Shown here: piece by piece, positions 31,803-40,071 of the stretch
Layout of the letters: each line of letters starts with the position of its first letter
Position numbering within the stretch: position 1 is the first letter of the stretch
Source of the DNA: Acidobacteriota bacterium
GTDB taxonomy: Bacteria > Acidobacteriota > UBA890 > WLXD01
Direction: 5' to 3'
Assembly: GCA_965205505.1 (NCBI GenBank)
Contig: CBDBHB010000007.1
Location: forward strand, 416,001-480,000
Length of the DNA: 64,000 nt
Position numbers and translations under genes: made by a program
Notes under the pieces: generated by a model
Seen by the model: only the letters and a program-made list of their open reading frames with translations
The model's database searches: none
What the model was told of the DNA's origin: nothing

Positions 31803-33884
31803 CTACTCGCGACTACCGATCAACTGCGCGGTCGTCGTCGGCTTGAGGTACTTCTCCCACCACCCCAGCTCGGTCATCATGCGGTGCACGTTGTTCCAGG
31901 GGCCACGGATTCCGTGCGCCATCCCTTCGTAGATGACGAGCCTCGTGGGTACGCGCTGCTTCTTGAGCGACGTGTAGAGCTGGATGGCACCTTCGAGCGG
32001 CACGCGATAGTCCACTGCACCGTGTACGAAGAGCGTCGCCGCCTGCACGCCTCCCGAGTTGAGGTAGGCAGACTGGCGGATCATGACATCAAGCGCCTCG
32101 GGGTCCCACGGGGGCCCGAGGAACTCGAGCTCCTTAGTACGCGCGACGTCGGACAAAGCGTAGTTGCTCGTCCAGTTGGAGGCGCCGGCACCGGAAACCG
32201 CCGCCCTGAAGCGGTCCGGGTACCGGGTGATGAGCCAGTTGGTCAGGATCCCACCGTACGAATGACCCGTCGAGCCCACTCGGGCCCGATCCACGGGATA
32301 CCGCTCGATCAGATGGTCCATGCCGGCGAGCACGTCCTCGCCGTCGTTCGTCCCCCATCCTGCCCACGTACCCCATTTGAAGTCGTCCCCGTAGCCGGTC
32401 GAGCTGCGGAAGTTGGCAAGGAACACGAAGTAGCCGTTCGCCGTGAAGTACAGGTTCTTGAAGTTGAATCCGTACCCCGAGGCGGAGTGCGGACCGCCGT
32501 GGTTGACGACGATGAGCGGGTACGATCCCTGCGGGTCGTAGTTGTGTGGATAGAGCAGGAATCCCTCCACCGGTGTCCCGTCGAAGCTCTCGTAGAGGAT
32601 CCTCTCCGACGGGCGACTCGCGAGCTCGACCTCGGCGAGAAACTCGGCGTGCACGTTGGTGAGCCGGCGCTCGTTGCGCCCGTCGATGTCCGAGACGTAG
32701 ACCTCGGAAGGCCGTTCGAACTCTCCTACGGTGTAGGTCATGCGTTGGAACGCCGGATCGATGTCGAGATCTCCGATGCGACGTTGGCCCGTCGTCACCT
32801 GCTCTACTTCACCGCCCTCCGGAGACACACGGAAGAGGTGGCGCGCACCCCCGATACCGGTGGTGAAGTACATGTAGCGGCTGTCCGGAGCCCACATCGG
32901 CGAGCCGGCGTCGAGATCCCAGTCGCCCGTCAGGTTCACCGGCTCGCCACCACCGGCGGGCCGGACGTAGAGATCGCGGGGCCCACCGTGTCGAAGGTCC
33001 TGCTGCGTGATCATGTCTGTGCCGAAGGAGCGGACGTACGAAACCCAGAGCCCATCCGGCGAGAAGCTCGCCCCGGAGTACACGTAGCCGTCGTCGGTGA
33101 CTCGGGTGAGCTGCCCCTCGATCGTTATCAGGAAGAGATCCGACCTGCCATACGCGAGCTCGTCGAGCACGGACTCATCGGCGGTGAACAGCAAGCTCCT
33201 CCCGTCGGGGTTCCAGCTGATGTTGCCGGGTCGGAGGCCGAGACGCGTGAGCTGTCGCGCCGGGGCGCTCCCCTCGAGGGGATCGATGAAGATCTCCGTC
33301 AGCGGTGCCTCGTCTGGCGCGGGTAGTGGGAACCTCCGCCCGTCGCGCCTGAACGGATACCAGTCGAAGTCCTCGCCCACGAACCTCGACTGGTGCCGCC
33401 GCTCGAACTCCGTCATCTCCGGCGCTGGGGGCTTTGGCAGCTCCATGTCTTGTGTGCGGGCCACCCAGCGGCCGTCCGGGCTCACGGCACCCTCGGGCGT
33501 GAAGCTCCGGTCACGGACTGCCAGCTGCGTGGGTCGAGCGGGGTCGACGAGCCAACGAGCCCCCCGGTGAGTGAAGCGCAGGCGGCCGTCCTCGGCCCAC
33601 TCCGGATCCGCCACGTCTGTACCCGTGTGCTGAACGCGCACGGGCTCACCGGAAGCATCGGCCCGGACGATCCACGACGTGGTCTCGGTCCCGTTCGTCG
33701 CCTCGATGCGCACGGAAACGGTGTAGGCGACCCATTCCGCGTCCGGCGAGATCTGCAGGTCGCCGACCGACTTCACCCGGTAGTAGTCCTCGAGAGCCAA
33801 GGGGCGCCCTTGAGCGAACACCTGGGCGGCGACCGAAACAGTGCCGACGAGTGATAGACCGAGACAGAGGAGCGTGCGTCGCAT
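31803..33884 (-). CDS. S9-family (prolyl oligopeptidase/acylaminoacyl) peptidase, secreted
   Basis: Signal peptide, PD40-like propeller repeats, HGGPH, GHSYGG, HGAVDYRV, AHG. Confidence 0.92.
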   Translation of the reverse strand: MRRTLLCLGLSLVGTVSVAAQVFAQGRPLALEDYYRVKSVGDLQISPDAEWVAYTVSVRIEATNGTETTSWIVRADASGEPVRVQHTGTDVADPEWAEDGRLRFTHRGARWLVDPARPTQLAVRDRSFTPEGAVSPDGRWVARTQDMELPKPPAPEMTEFERRHQSRFVGEDFDWYPFRRDGRRFPLPAPDEAPLTEIFIDPLEGSAPARQLTRLGLRPGNISWNPDGRSLLFTADESVLDELAYGRSDLFLITIEGQLTRVTDDGYVYSGASFSPDGLWVSYVRSFGTDMITQQDLRHGGPRDLYVRPAGGGEPVNLTGDWDLDAGSPMWAPDSRYMYFTTGIGGARHLFRVSPEGGEVEQVTTGQRRIGDLDIDPAFQRMTYTVGEFERPSEVYVSDIDGRNERRLTNVHAEFLAEVELASRPSERILYESFDGTPVEGFLLYPHNYDPQGSYPLIVVNHGGPHSASGYGFNFKNLYFTANGYFVFLANFRSSTGYGDDFKWGTWAGWGTNDGEDVLAGMDHLIERYPVDRARVGSTGHSYGGILTNWLITRYPDRFRAAVSGAGASNWTSNYALSDVARTKELEFLGPPWDPEALDVMIRQSAYLNSGGVQAATLFVHGAVDYRVPLEGAIQLYTSLKKQRVPTRLVIYEGMAHGIRGPWNNVHRMMTELGWWEKYLKPTTTAQLIGSRE

Positions 33885-34226
33885 GGATGTATTCCTCCAG
33901 CGCAAGCTTCGAAGAAGGACCGAGAATCAGGCTCCGCATTCTAGATTGCGAGGCCTTGCCGGACCATGGACGCCCGTTCAAGTGGGGTCACTTGCCTGGC
34001 TGTTGACACTCGTCGACGAGGAAGGGAGCCCAGGGCTTGAAATAGGCTGGGTGGGGCGTTACGGCCCAGGGCATCCTGACGCCAGCGCAGCGCGGTGGTC
34101 CTTCTCCGTGGATCTCCGCGCTCACCGGCGATAGGCTTCAGGCGCTCACCCTGCTCGGGCAACACCATGCGCTCGCGCACCACACCAGGCCCCTACGATC
34201 AATGCACCCCACCCCACGGAGGCGAG

Positions 34227-35564
34227 ATGGCCAAGCATGAGATCGATCGACGCGCTTTTCTAGCAACGTCGGCAGCCACAACAGCGGGAATGCTCACCGC
34301 TGGCACGGTGAACGCGGCCCCGAGCGGCGGCTTCACGGCCCGCACGGTGGTGCCCGGAAGCACGATCGGAGCCCATCCGCCACCGCCGTTCTCCAAGGCC
34401 GAGTATCAGGAGAGGCTGCGCCGCGTGCGCGGACGGATGGCGCAGGACAACATCGACATGTTGTTCGTCACCATGCCCGAAGACATGTGCTACCTGCACG
34501 GTCTGGAGCTGAGCTGGTATCAGCAGAACTGTCCCGAGAGCTGGGCCCCGAGCTCGATCACCGCCGTGCACGTCGACCACGAAGACCTCATCCACTTCGA
34601 CAGCCACGACGAGCTCATGGCGGCGACCTCCGTCGCCACCGATATCCGGCGTCCCCGACCCGGTGGTGAGCGCGCCTGCGAGGGGCACGCCATGGAGCTG
34701 GAGGCGTCCGGGTGGCTCAACGGCACGGTGGGGCTGCAGTACAACAGCTATCGTCCGCGGCCCCTCCACATGAAGCAGATCGAGGCCGTGTTCCGCGATC
34801 GTGGTTGCGAGCTCATCGACGCTTCCGGCGTCATGATCGATGTCAAGGTGCACAAGTCGCCGGCCGAGATCGAGGTGGTCGAGGAGGCGGGCCGCATCGC
34901 CGACGTCGGCCTGCAGGCAGCCAGGGACAACGTCCAGCCCGGCATGACGGAGCTGGAGCTCTACGGCGAGATCGTGCGCGCCATGACCCGTGCCGGCGGT
35001 GGGATGTCGGGCCTGCTGTGCGCCGTCAAGGCAGGGGGCAACCATTTCATCCACGGCATTGCATCGGAGCGCGTGATCCAGGAGGTCGATCACGTCGTCG
35101 TCGATGTCTGCGGGGTCAAGAATCGCTACCACTGCAACACCTGCCGGGCCTTTTTCGTCGGTGAGCCGCCCAAGGAGATGGTGGATCTGTACGCGATGAA
35201 CGGCCGGGCCATGGACGTTGTTCACGCTACCGGCAAGCCCGGCCTACCGCTCAACGAGCTGACCCGGACCTTGCGAGAGTTCTACAAGGAAACCGGTGCC
35301 TGGCAGCTGGCCCAGCAGGGCAAGATAGATGGCTGGCTCGGTGGCTATGAGCTGGGGATCAGCTTTCCGCCGGATTGGTGCGGTTGGTGGACCTTCACCG
35401 TCGGCGAGGAGGATCGCTCGGATTGGGTCATGCAAGAGCGCCAGGTGAGCAACTACGAGAGCTTCGCGACCGGAAGCACGGGACTGATCGATACCTTCAT
35501 CTACGAGAAGGGTGGATGCCGCTCGCTCACGACGATGCCGCCGGAGCTGATCGTGGTCGCCTGA
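34227..35564 (+). CDS. M24-fold (creatinase/ectoine-hydrolase-like) protein with Tat signal
   Basis: GGAGG RBS; IDRRAFL Tat motif; FSKAEYQERL, HKSPAEI, PGMTELEL, DVCGVKNRYHCNTCR. Confidence 0.85.
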   Translation: MAKHEIDRRAFLATSAATTAGMLTAGTVNAAPSGGFTARTVVPGSTIGAHPPPPFSKAEYQERLRRVRGRMAQDNIDMLFVTMPEDMCYLHGLELSWYQQNCPESWAPSSITAVHVDHEDLIHFDSHDELMAATSVATDIRRPRPGGERACEGHAMELEASGWLNGTVGLQYNSYRPRPLHMKQIEAVFRDRGCELIDASGVMIDVKVHKSPAEIEVVEEAGRIADVGLQAARDNVQPGMTELELYGEIVRAMTRAGGGMSGLLCAVKAGGNHFIHGIASERVIQEVDHVVVDVCGVKNRYHCNTCRAFFVGEPPKEMVDLYAMNGRAMDVVHATGKPGLPLNELTRTLREFYKETGAWQLAQQGKIDGWLGGYELGISFPPDWCGWWTFTVGEEDRSDWVMQERQVSNYESFATGSTGLIDTFIYEKGGCRSLTTMPPELIVVA

Positions 35565-35764
35565 CGCGAGGCGTCCGGGGCACCGTGCCCGAGGTGGCTC
35601 ATACCCGGCTGAAACGTCTCGTCAATGGGTCGATGGCCAAGATCGGCGATGCGTGCCGAGTAGGTGTCCGTCAACATGCCAAGAACGGCGAAATCCGGCT
35701 ACAAGCGGCGAACTGCCGTTGTTAAACAACGCGCCGTAAACTGTTGAAAACACTGGGTATCAAA

Positions 35765-35808
35765 GGCGCGCCCGGAAGGATTCGAACCTTCGACCTGCGG
35801 ATTAGAAG
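35765..35808 (-). tRNA. 3' half of tRNA-Arg(TCT), att-site remnant
   Basis: Reverse complement CTTCTAATCCGCAGGTCGAAGGTTCGAATCCTTCCGGGCGCGCC: begins at the anticodon loop; no 5' half. Confidence 0.85.
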
Positions 35809-35974
35809 GGCGTCACGGCTCGTTCCCGCAACTGGTTAGAAACAAAGGGAGAGCCTTGCGTGACGCTGCTTCTCCGCTCTCAAACGAGTCGATTCTATCG
35901 ATAGGTTTCGACCGGTTTCTACGCGCCAACCGTGAAAGAAACCGTGTAACGCTCCCGGAACTCAAGAGGACGGC

Positions 35975-36553
35975 GTGAGCGACCCCAAGCCACAGGGCGC
36001 CCGAGACGCTGAGCCTCGGCGGAGCCGCGTCGAGAAGTGGCGAGACGAAGCTCGGCGACTCAAGGCCCCGAGATTCGGCAGCGACGAGGAAGGCAGGCTC
36101 GTACTCGCCAAGGAAGACCGGTCGACGCACGTCGAGCTTTCGGAGACCACGGGGCTTCCGGCCGGACCAGGGAGTGCGCATCTAGTGCAACAGGTGGCGA
36201 CATGTCTCGCGCATCAACTCGGTGACCCGGTAGAGGCTGCGAACCGTGCAGCCGAGCTGATGCGCGCCGTCGAGCCGAGGGACGCTGTAGAAGGGATGGT
36301 TGCGAGTCAGCTCGTAGCGACCCACCACGCCGCGATGGAGATGCTCTCTCGGGCTCTCCACCCAGACCAGCCGAGCGACATCAGCAACTCGTGCTCGTAC
36401 CGAGCGGAGCGACTGCTCAAGCGATCGGCGGAGTTGATCGAGGCGCTCGCCAAGTACAGGGGGCGCAAGACGGAGCAGAAGGTGACGGTCGAGCACGTCA
36501 CCGTGAGCGATGGCGGTCAGGCGATCGTAGGTGCCGTGGCGAAGAACGAGTGA
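35975..36553 (+). CDS. Mobile-element hypothetical protein
   Basis: EPRDAVEGMVASQLVATHHAAM..QKVTVEHVTVSDGGQAIVG, a motif typical of genes paired with HGGxSTG proteins. Confidence 0.7.
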   Translation: MSDPKPQGARDAEPRRSRVEKWRDEARRLKAPRFGSDEEGRLVLAKEDRSTHVELSETTGLPAGPGSAHLVQQVATCLAHQLGDPVEAANRAAELMRAVEPRDAVEGMVASQLVATHHAAMEMLSRALHPDQPSDISNSCSYRAERLLKRSAELIEALAKYRGRKTEQKVTVEHVTVSDGGQAIVGAVAKNE

Positions 36554-36577
36554 CCCGGGGGGGGAGGAGTATCGAAC

Positions 36578-36901
36578 TTGAGAAAACAAGCCCATGGACG
36601 CCGCGGATCGTGTGGCGCCAGGACTCGGAGCGGTGCCCCGTGCAGGCGCAGTCCAGGCAACGTGAACTCTCGCTGCCACTACCACGGCGGTGCTCCAGGA
36701 ACAGGAGCGCGGCCGGGTAACACGAACGCACTGAAGTCGGGCCGATTCACCCGCGAGGCGATCGCTCGACGGTCGGGAGAGCGTCACCTGTTAGCGGAGC
36801 TCGACGCTCTGACCGCCGATGTACTCGAGCGGGCGAGGTTCAATTCACCTCGAACTGGCGGAACAGAACGGCAGCGCGAAGACGACCGACGAGTTTCATG
36901 A
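36578..36901 (+). CDS. HGGxSTG-domain-like Zn-binding protein
   Basis: CGARTRSGAPC..RCHYHGGAPGTGA..GNTNALKSG. Confidence 0.75.
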   Translation: MRKQAHGRRGSCGARTRSGAPCRRSPGNVNSRCHYHGGAPGTGARPGNTNALKSGRFTREAIARRSGERHLLAELDALTADVLERARFNSPRTGGTERQREDDRRVS

Positions 36902-37805
36902 GGCCGAAGATCAGACGAGGACCCAGATAGTCGAGTAGCCATAGCCCGAAGATCGCTAGCGCGACACTGGTGACCTCGTTCTGTAGCACCCACGAGCCTA
37001 CGTGCCCGTCAGGGGCAATCGCGTAGCTGATTCCGAGTAGCAGGAGCAACGCACCCGCGAATGTGACGGCCGTATTCATGGGTGCGTGATACCCGAGGAA
37101 GTTGATGCGTTCCTCGACCACCAATCGCGGCGTCTTCTCTGAGTAGCCACCAAGCGACGCGATGAACTCGTTCGAATCACGAAGCTTCCGCCCGAAGAAG
37201 ACCCGAAGCGCCCAGTGGCCGGAATCCAACAGGCTGGACAACACGCGGAGTGCGATCGACTTTGCTCTCAGTCGTGAGCGGATGCTGGCTTTCCGAAGTC
37301 CCATTGAGGTGCGGCAGTGCAGATCGAACAACTCATCCAAGACCTGACGCCCAGCTAGGGACCGGTTCTTCTTGTCGAAGAAGAGATCTACGTCATGGTT
37401 GAACGCGAGGTCGTCGGTTCTCTGCAGCGGCACAGGTTCCGGGGTTTTGCGACTGTTCTCGACCGACTCCAAAGTCGGGAACTCGTCACTCGTGGGGTCA
37501 TAGAAGGGGCTGCGGACCCACGAGTAGCAGAACGTGCCTATCCAGACGCGGACCGGCGCTGCCTCTCGCGTGGAGGTGATATCCGGGTCGTCAGGGTCTT
37601 CGTAGACGACGTGGATGATCGCGACCACGTCGGGGCTACCGTCGCGATACCTAGGCGGCTTGTACGGAAGAGAGTGGGGGTACTCGCGCTGGACGCTGAA
37701 CCCCGCCTTAACGTCCGATAAGACCGTAGGCTGGAAGTAGTCACTGTCATCGAGGTCGAAGTGTTCGAGGAGCTCTTCGCCTGCGGTGAACGGGAACTTG
37801 CTCAT
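36840..37805 (-). CDS. Hypothetical protein with C-terminal transmembrane helices
   Basis: 321-aa ORF, GGAAGGA RBS, two hydrophobic C-terminal segments. Confidence 0.65.
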   Translation of the reverse strand: MSKFPFTAGEELLEHFDLDDSDYFQPTVLSDVKAGFSVQREYPHSLPYKPPRYRDGSPDVVAIIHVVYEDPDDPDITSTREAAPVRVWIGTFCYSWVRSPFYDPTSDEFPTLESVENSRKTPEPVPLQRTDDLAFNHDVDLFFDKKNRSLAGRQVLDELFDLHCRTSMGLRKASIRSRLRAKSIALRVLSSLLDSGHWALRVFFGRKLRDSNEFIASLGGYSEKTPRLVVEERINFLGYHAPMNTAVTFAGALLLLLGISYAIAPDGHVGSWVLQNEVTSVALAIFGLWLLDYLGPRLIFGLMKLVGRLRAAVLFRQFEVN

Positions 37806-37831
37806 CGCTAGTTAAGTTCCTTCCCAGGTGT

Positions 37832-38345
37832 TCAGAACAGACGCTCCTTCCAAGCCTTGTACCCTTCGCAATTCGCCGCCAGGTCGGCGATCTCCTCCGA
37901 CGAGAATCCCAGTTCAGCCAGGAAAGAGAGCTCCAACAAGACTCGCATCACGAAGTTGTATCGAAGGTAGTCCTCTGAGCCCGCGAAGACCTCGCCGTCG
38001 GGCGGCAGATGCGTAAGCCAGTTGCGAAGATCCACGATCTGGCCGGTCACGGACTTGGCGTCCGGCACGATCCGCTCTAGGGCCGCCTCGTGTTCCCGAA
38101 CCAGAAGGCCGAATCGCTTTCGAAGTGAGTAGTCGTAGCCGTATTTCAGCCTGGCCTTGAGGGAGCTCTTGAACGACTGCTCTAGATCGCCGGGGATGGC
38201 GCCCGCGAGGCTCGGAAGTACGTCGTTCTCGTAGTTCGCGGGGTCCATGTGCGTTCCGCCGTGAAAGCGTCGGTGAAGTGCCTCCACCGCTTGCGTAAAC
38301 GCGAGGAAACGGCCCTCGAGTCTGCCCGTATCAATCTGCACCTGG
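37832..38345 (-). pseudogene. ApeA-like HEPN domain, C-terminal remnant
   Basis: RFLAFTQAVEALHR..SLRKR..IVDLRNWLTH (Rx4H). Confidence 0.75.
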
Positions 38346-38399
38346 CGAGGAGAGAGGCTTGTACCCGAACCCCTGCGTAGACTCAGCTTCGAGCCACCT

Positions 38400-39331
38400 C
38401 TTGGATCGGGCAACGCAGCGACCCTGGACTCCAAGAAGGTGGATCAGTTCGCGAGGGAAGCCACCGTGTACATCTTCGCCGTTTGTCCGGAACTGAGAAT
38501 TCAGCCGCACCGAATCGCGATTGATGCCCCAAGCGCTCCACGCAGGCAGGGGATCCCGCGCAGGACCGCCGAAGTTGCCATGAATGCGTCCGGCATAAGT
38601 TGCTTCGGAACCCCGTCCGCATCTGAGTTTGACTCGATTCGAACCAAGGTGAGCGCACACCTGGCGTCGGGTGGGGCTGAGAGTCACATGCCACACGCGA
38701 ACCAACTTTGGATGCTGGTAGGTTTTTCTCTCTTAAGCACCTCAGCGAAGTCGCCCCTTGCATCGAGGTCTTCCCCCAGGCCACGGCAAGGGCGCTGGAG
38801 ACGGGGCAGATCCACAAGTCAGACGCACGCGGTCTCGCGGCTCAGCTCAGTCACGCATCGTCACAGACCGGCTGGCCCTCTGACTGCCCGGATGACCCAG
38901 ACTTTGAAGAGATCGCGTGGGCTCCGGCGCCCGACAGGCTGGACGCGTACCTCTGCGCCTGGGTAGCCGCCCTTCCTGAGGAGAATCGAGTCGCCTTCGG
39001 GGACCCGCCTGACGATGTCATCTGGGTGCCGAAGATCGACGTGGTTCCCCCGGGCGCGTTGTGGTCGCCAGTGCGGCAAGTCGGACATCGCCGCGTCGAA
39101 GTCAACCGAACTCGCCCTAGCGTTCGCGCCACGCTGCTTTGCCCCGCCTGCTCTGCACACGAGTTCAAGCGCTGGCCGTGGGGCTGGGATTCTCATGCCG
39201 CGTTCCGATGCCGGGGTCTCGCTGGCCAGGACCCTGGGGAGCGGAAGCGCGAGTTCCGACTTCGGTTCGGCGATCTGCTGCCCCGACAGGACACGCACAG
39301 GGCCGAGATGGCGCGACACGGCCTACGCTGA
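38400..39331 (+). pseudogene. DUF429-like nuclease, 5'-truncated and frameshifted near 38725
   Basis: IAIDAP, IEVFPQA, DRLDAYLCAWVA; C-terminal CPAC. Confidence 0.65.
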
Positions 39332-39660
39332 GCAAGACGACCGCAGATCCCTTCCCTGGAAGCTACGGAACACTGGCTCGGCAACAATCTTTGTCTGCAT
39401 GCCTGACCCAGTTCGTCATAGTGTTCTCTCTGGGGGGAAGCAGACGCGACCTATTAGTCTCCTCGCGGGCCGTCTACCAACGTTCAAATTGCGGCGCTAA
39501 ACCGGCTACATGCGCCGTATCGGAGGAGAGGTGCGATGGCCCTCCAGCCAGATTGAGGCACGGCCGCCGTCCTCATCGGGCTATCTCTCGCGTCAGTCTC
39601 TGCCAGTCCAGCTGCCACGCAGCCAACGATTCACTGCGTCTCGGTTTGGCAAGGTGCCGC

Positions 39661-40071
39661 ATGACATCAGGGTCCCTTTTCGACACGCCCTCCGAACGCG
39701 TCCTGCGCGCCCTCCCCGCGCCCGTAACCTCAATTGTCGAGGGATTCCTCGCCGAAGACCTGATCCCAGCCAGAGATCTTCGGGCCCGGATTCCCGCCTA
39801 CATCCATGAACTCGAGCAAGCCAAGAGTGCCCATGAGTTCCTCGACATCCATCTAGCCAAGAAACTGGCCGATCAGTGCCTCCAGCTTCTTGACGGCATC
39901 GACATCGATACATCCGCGGAATCGCGTCGGTTGATCCAGGCCGCAATCCAGTACTTCCTCTTCGACGAGGATGCCGACAGCGACAAGCGCTCGCTGATCG
40001 GTTTCGACGACGACGACCTCGTCGTCGAGCTTATCGCTCGAGAGATCGGCCGGGAGGACGTCCTTGGCTAG
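39661..40071 (+). CDS. Small acidic YkvA/DUF1232-like protein
   Basis: AAIQYFL..D.D..LIGFDDD; overlaps the helicase start. Confidence 0.5.
   Translation: MTSGSLFDTPSERVLRALPAPVTSIVEGFLAEDLIPARDLRARIPAYIHELEQAKSAHEFLDIHLAKKLADQCLQLLDGIDIDTSAESRRLIQAAIQYFLFDEDADSDKRSLIGFDDDDLVVELIAREIGREDVLG

Noticed and set aside
31779-33326. Long antisense ORFs (also 41339-42682, 44377-45504, 29955-31007)
   Set aside because: Shadow frames of real genes in GC-rich DNA
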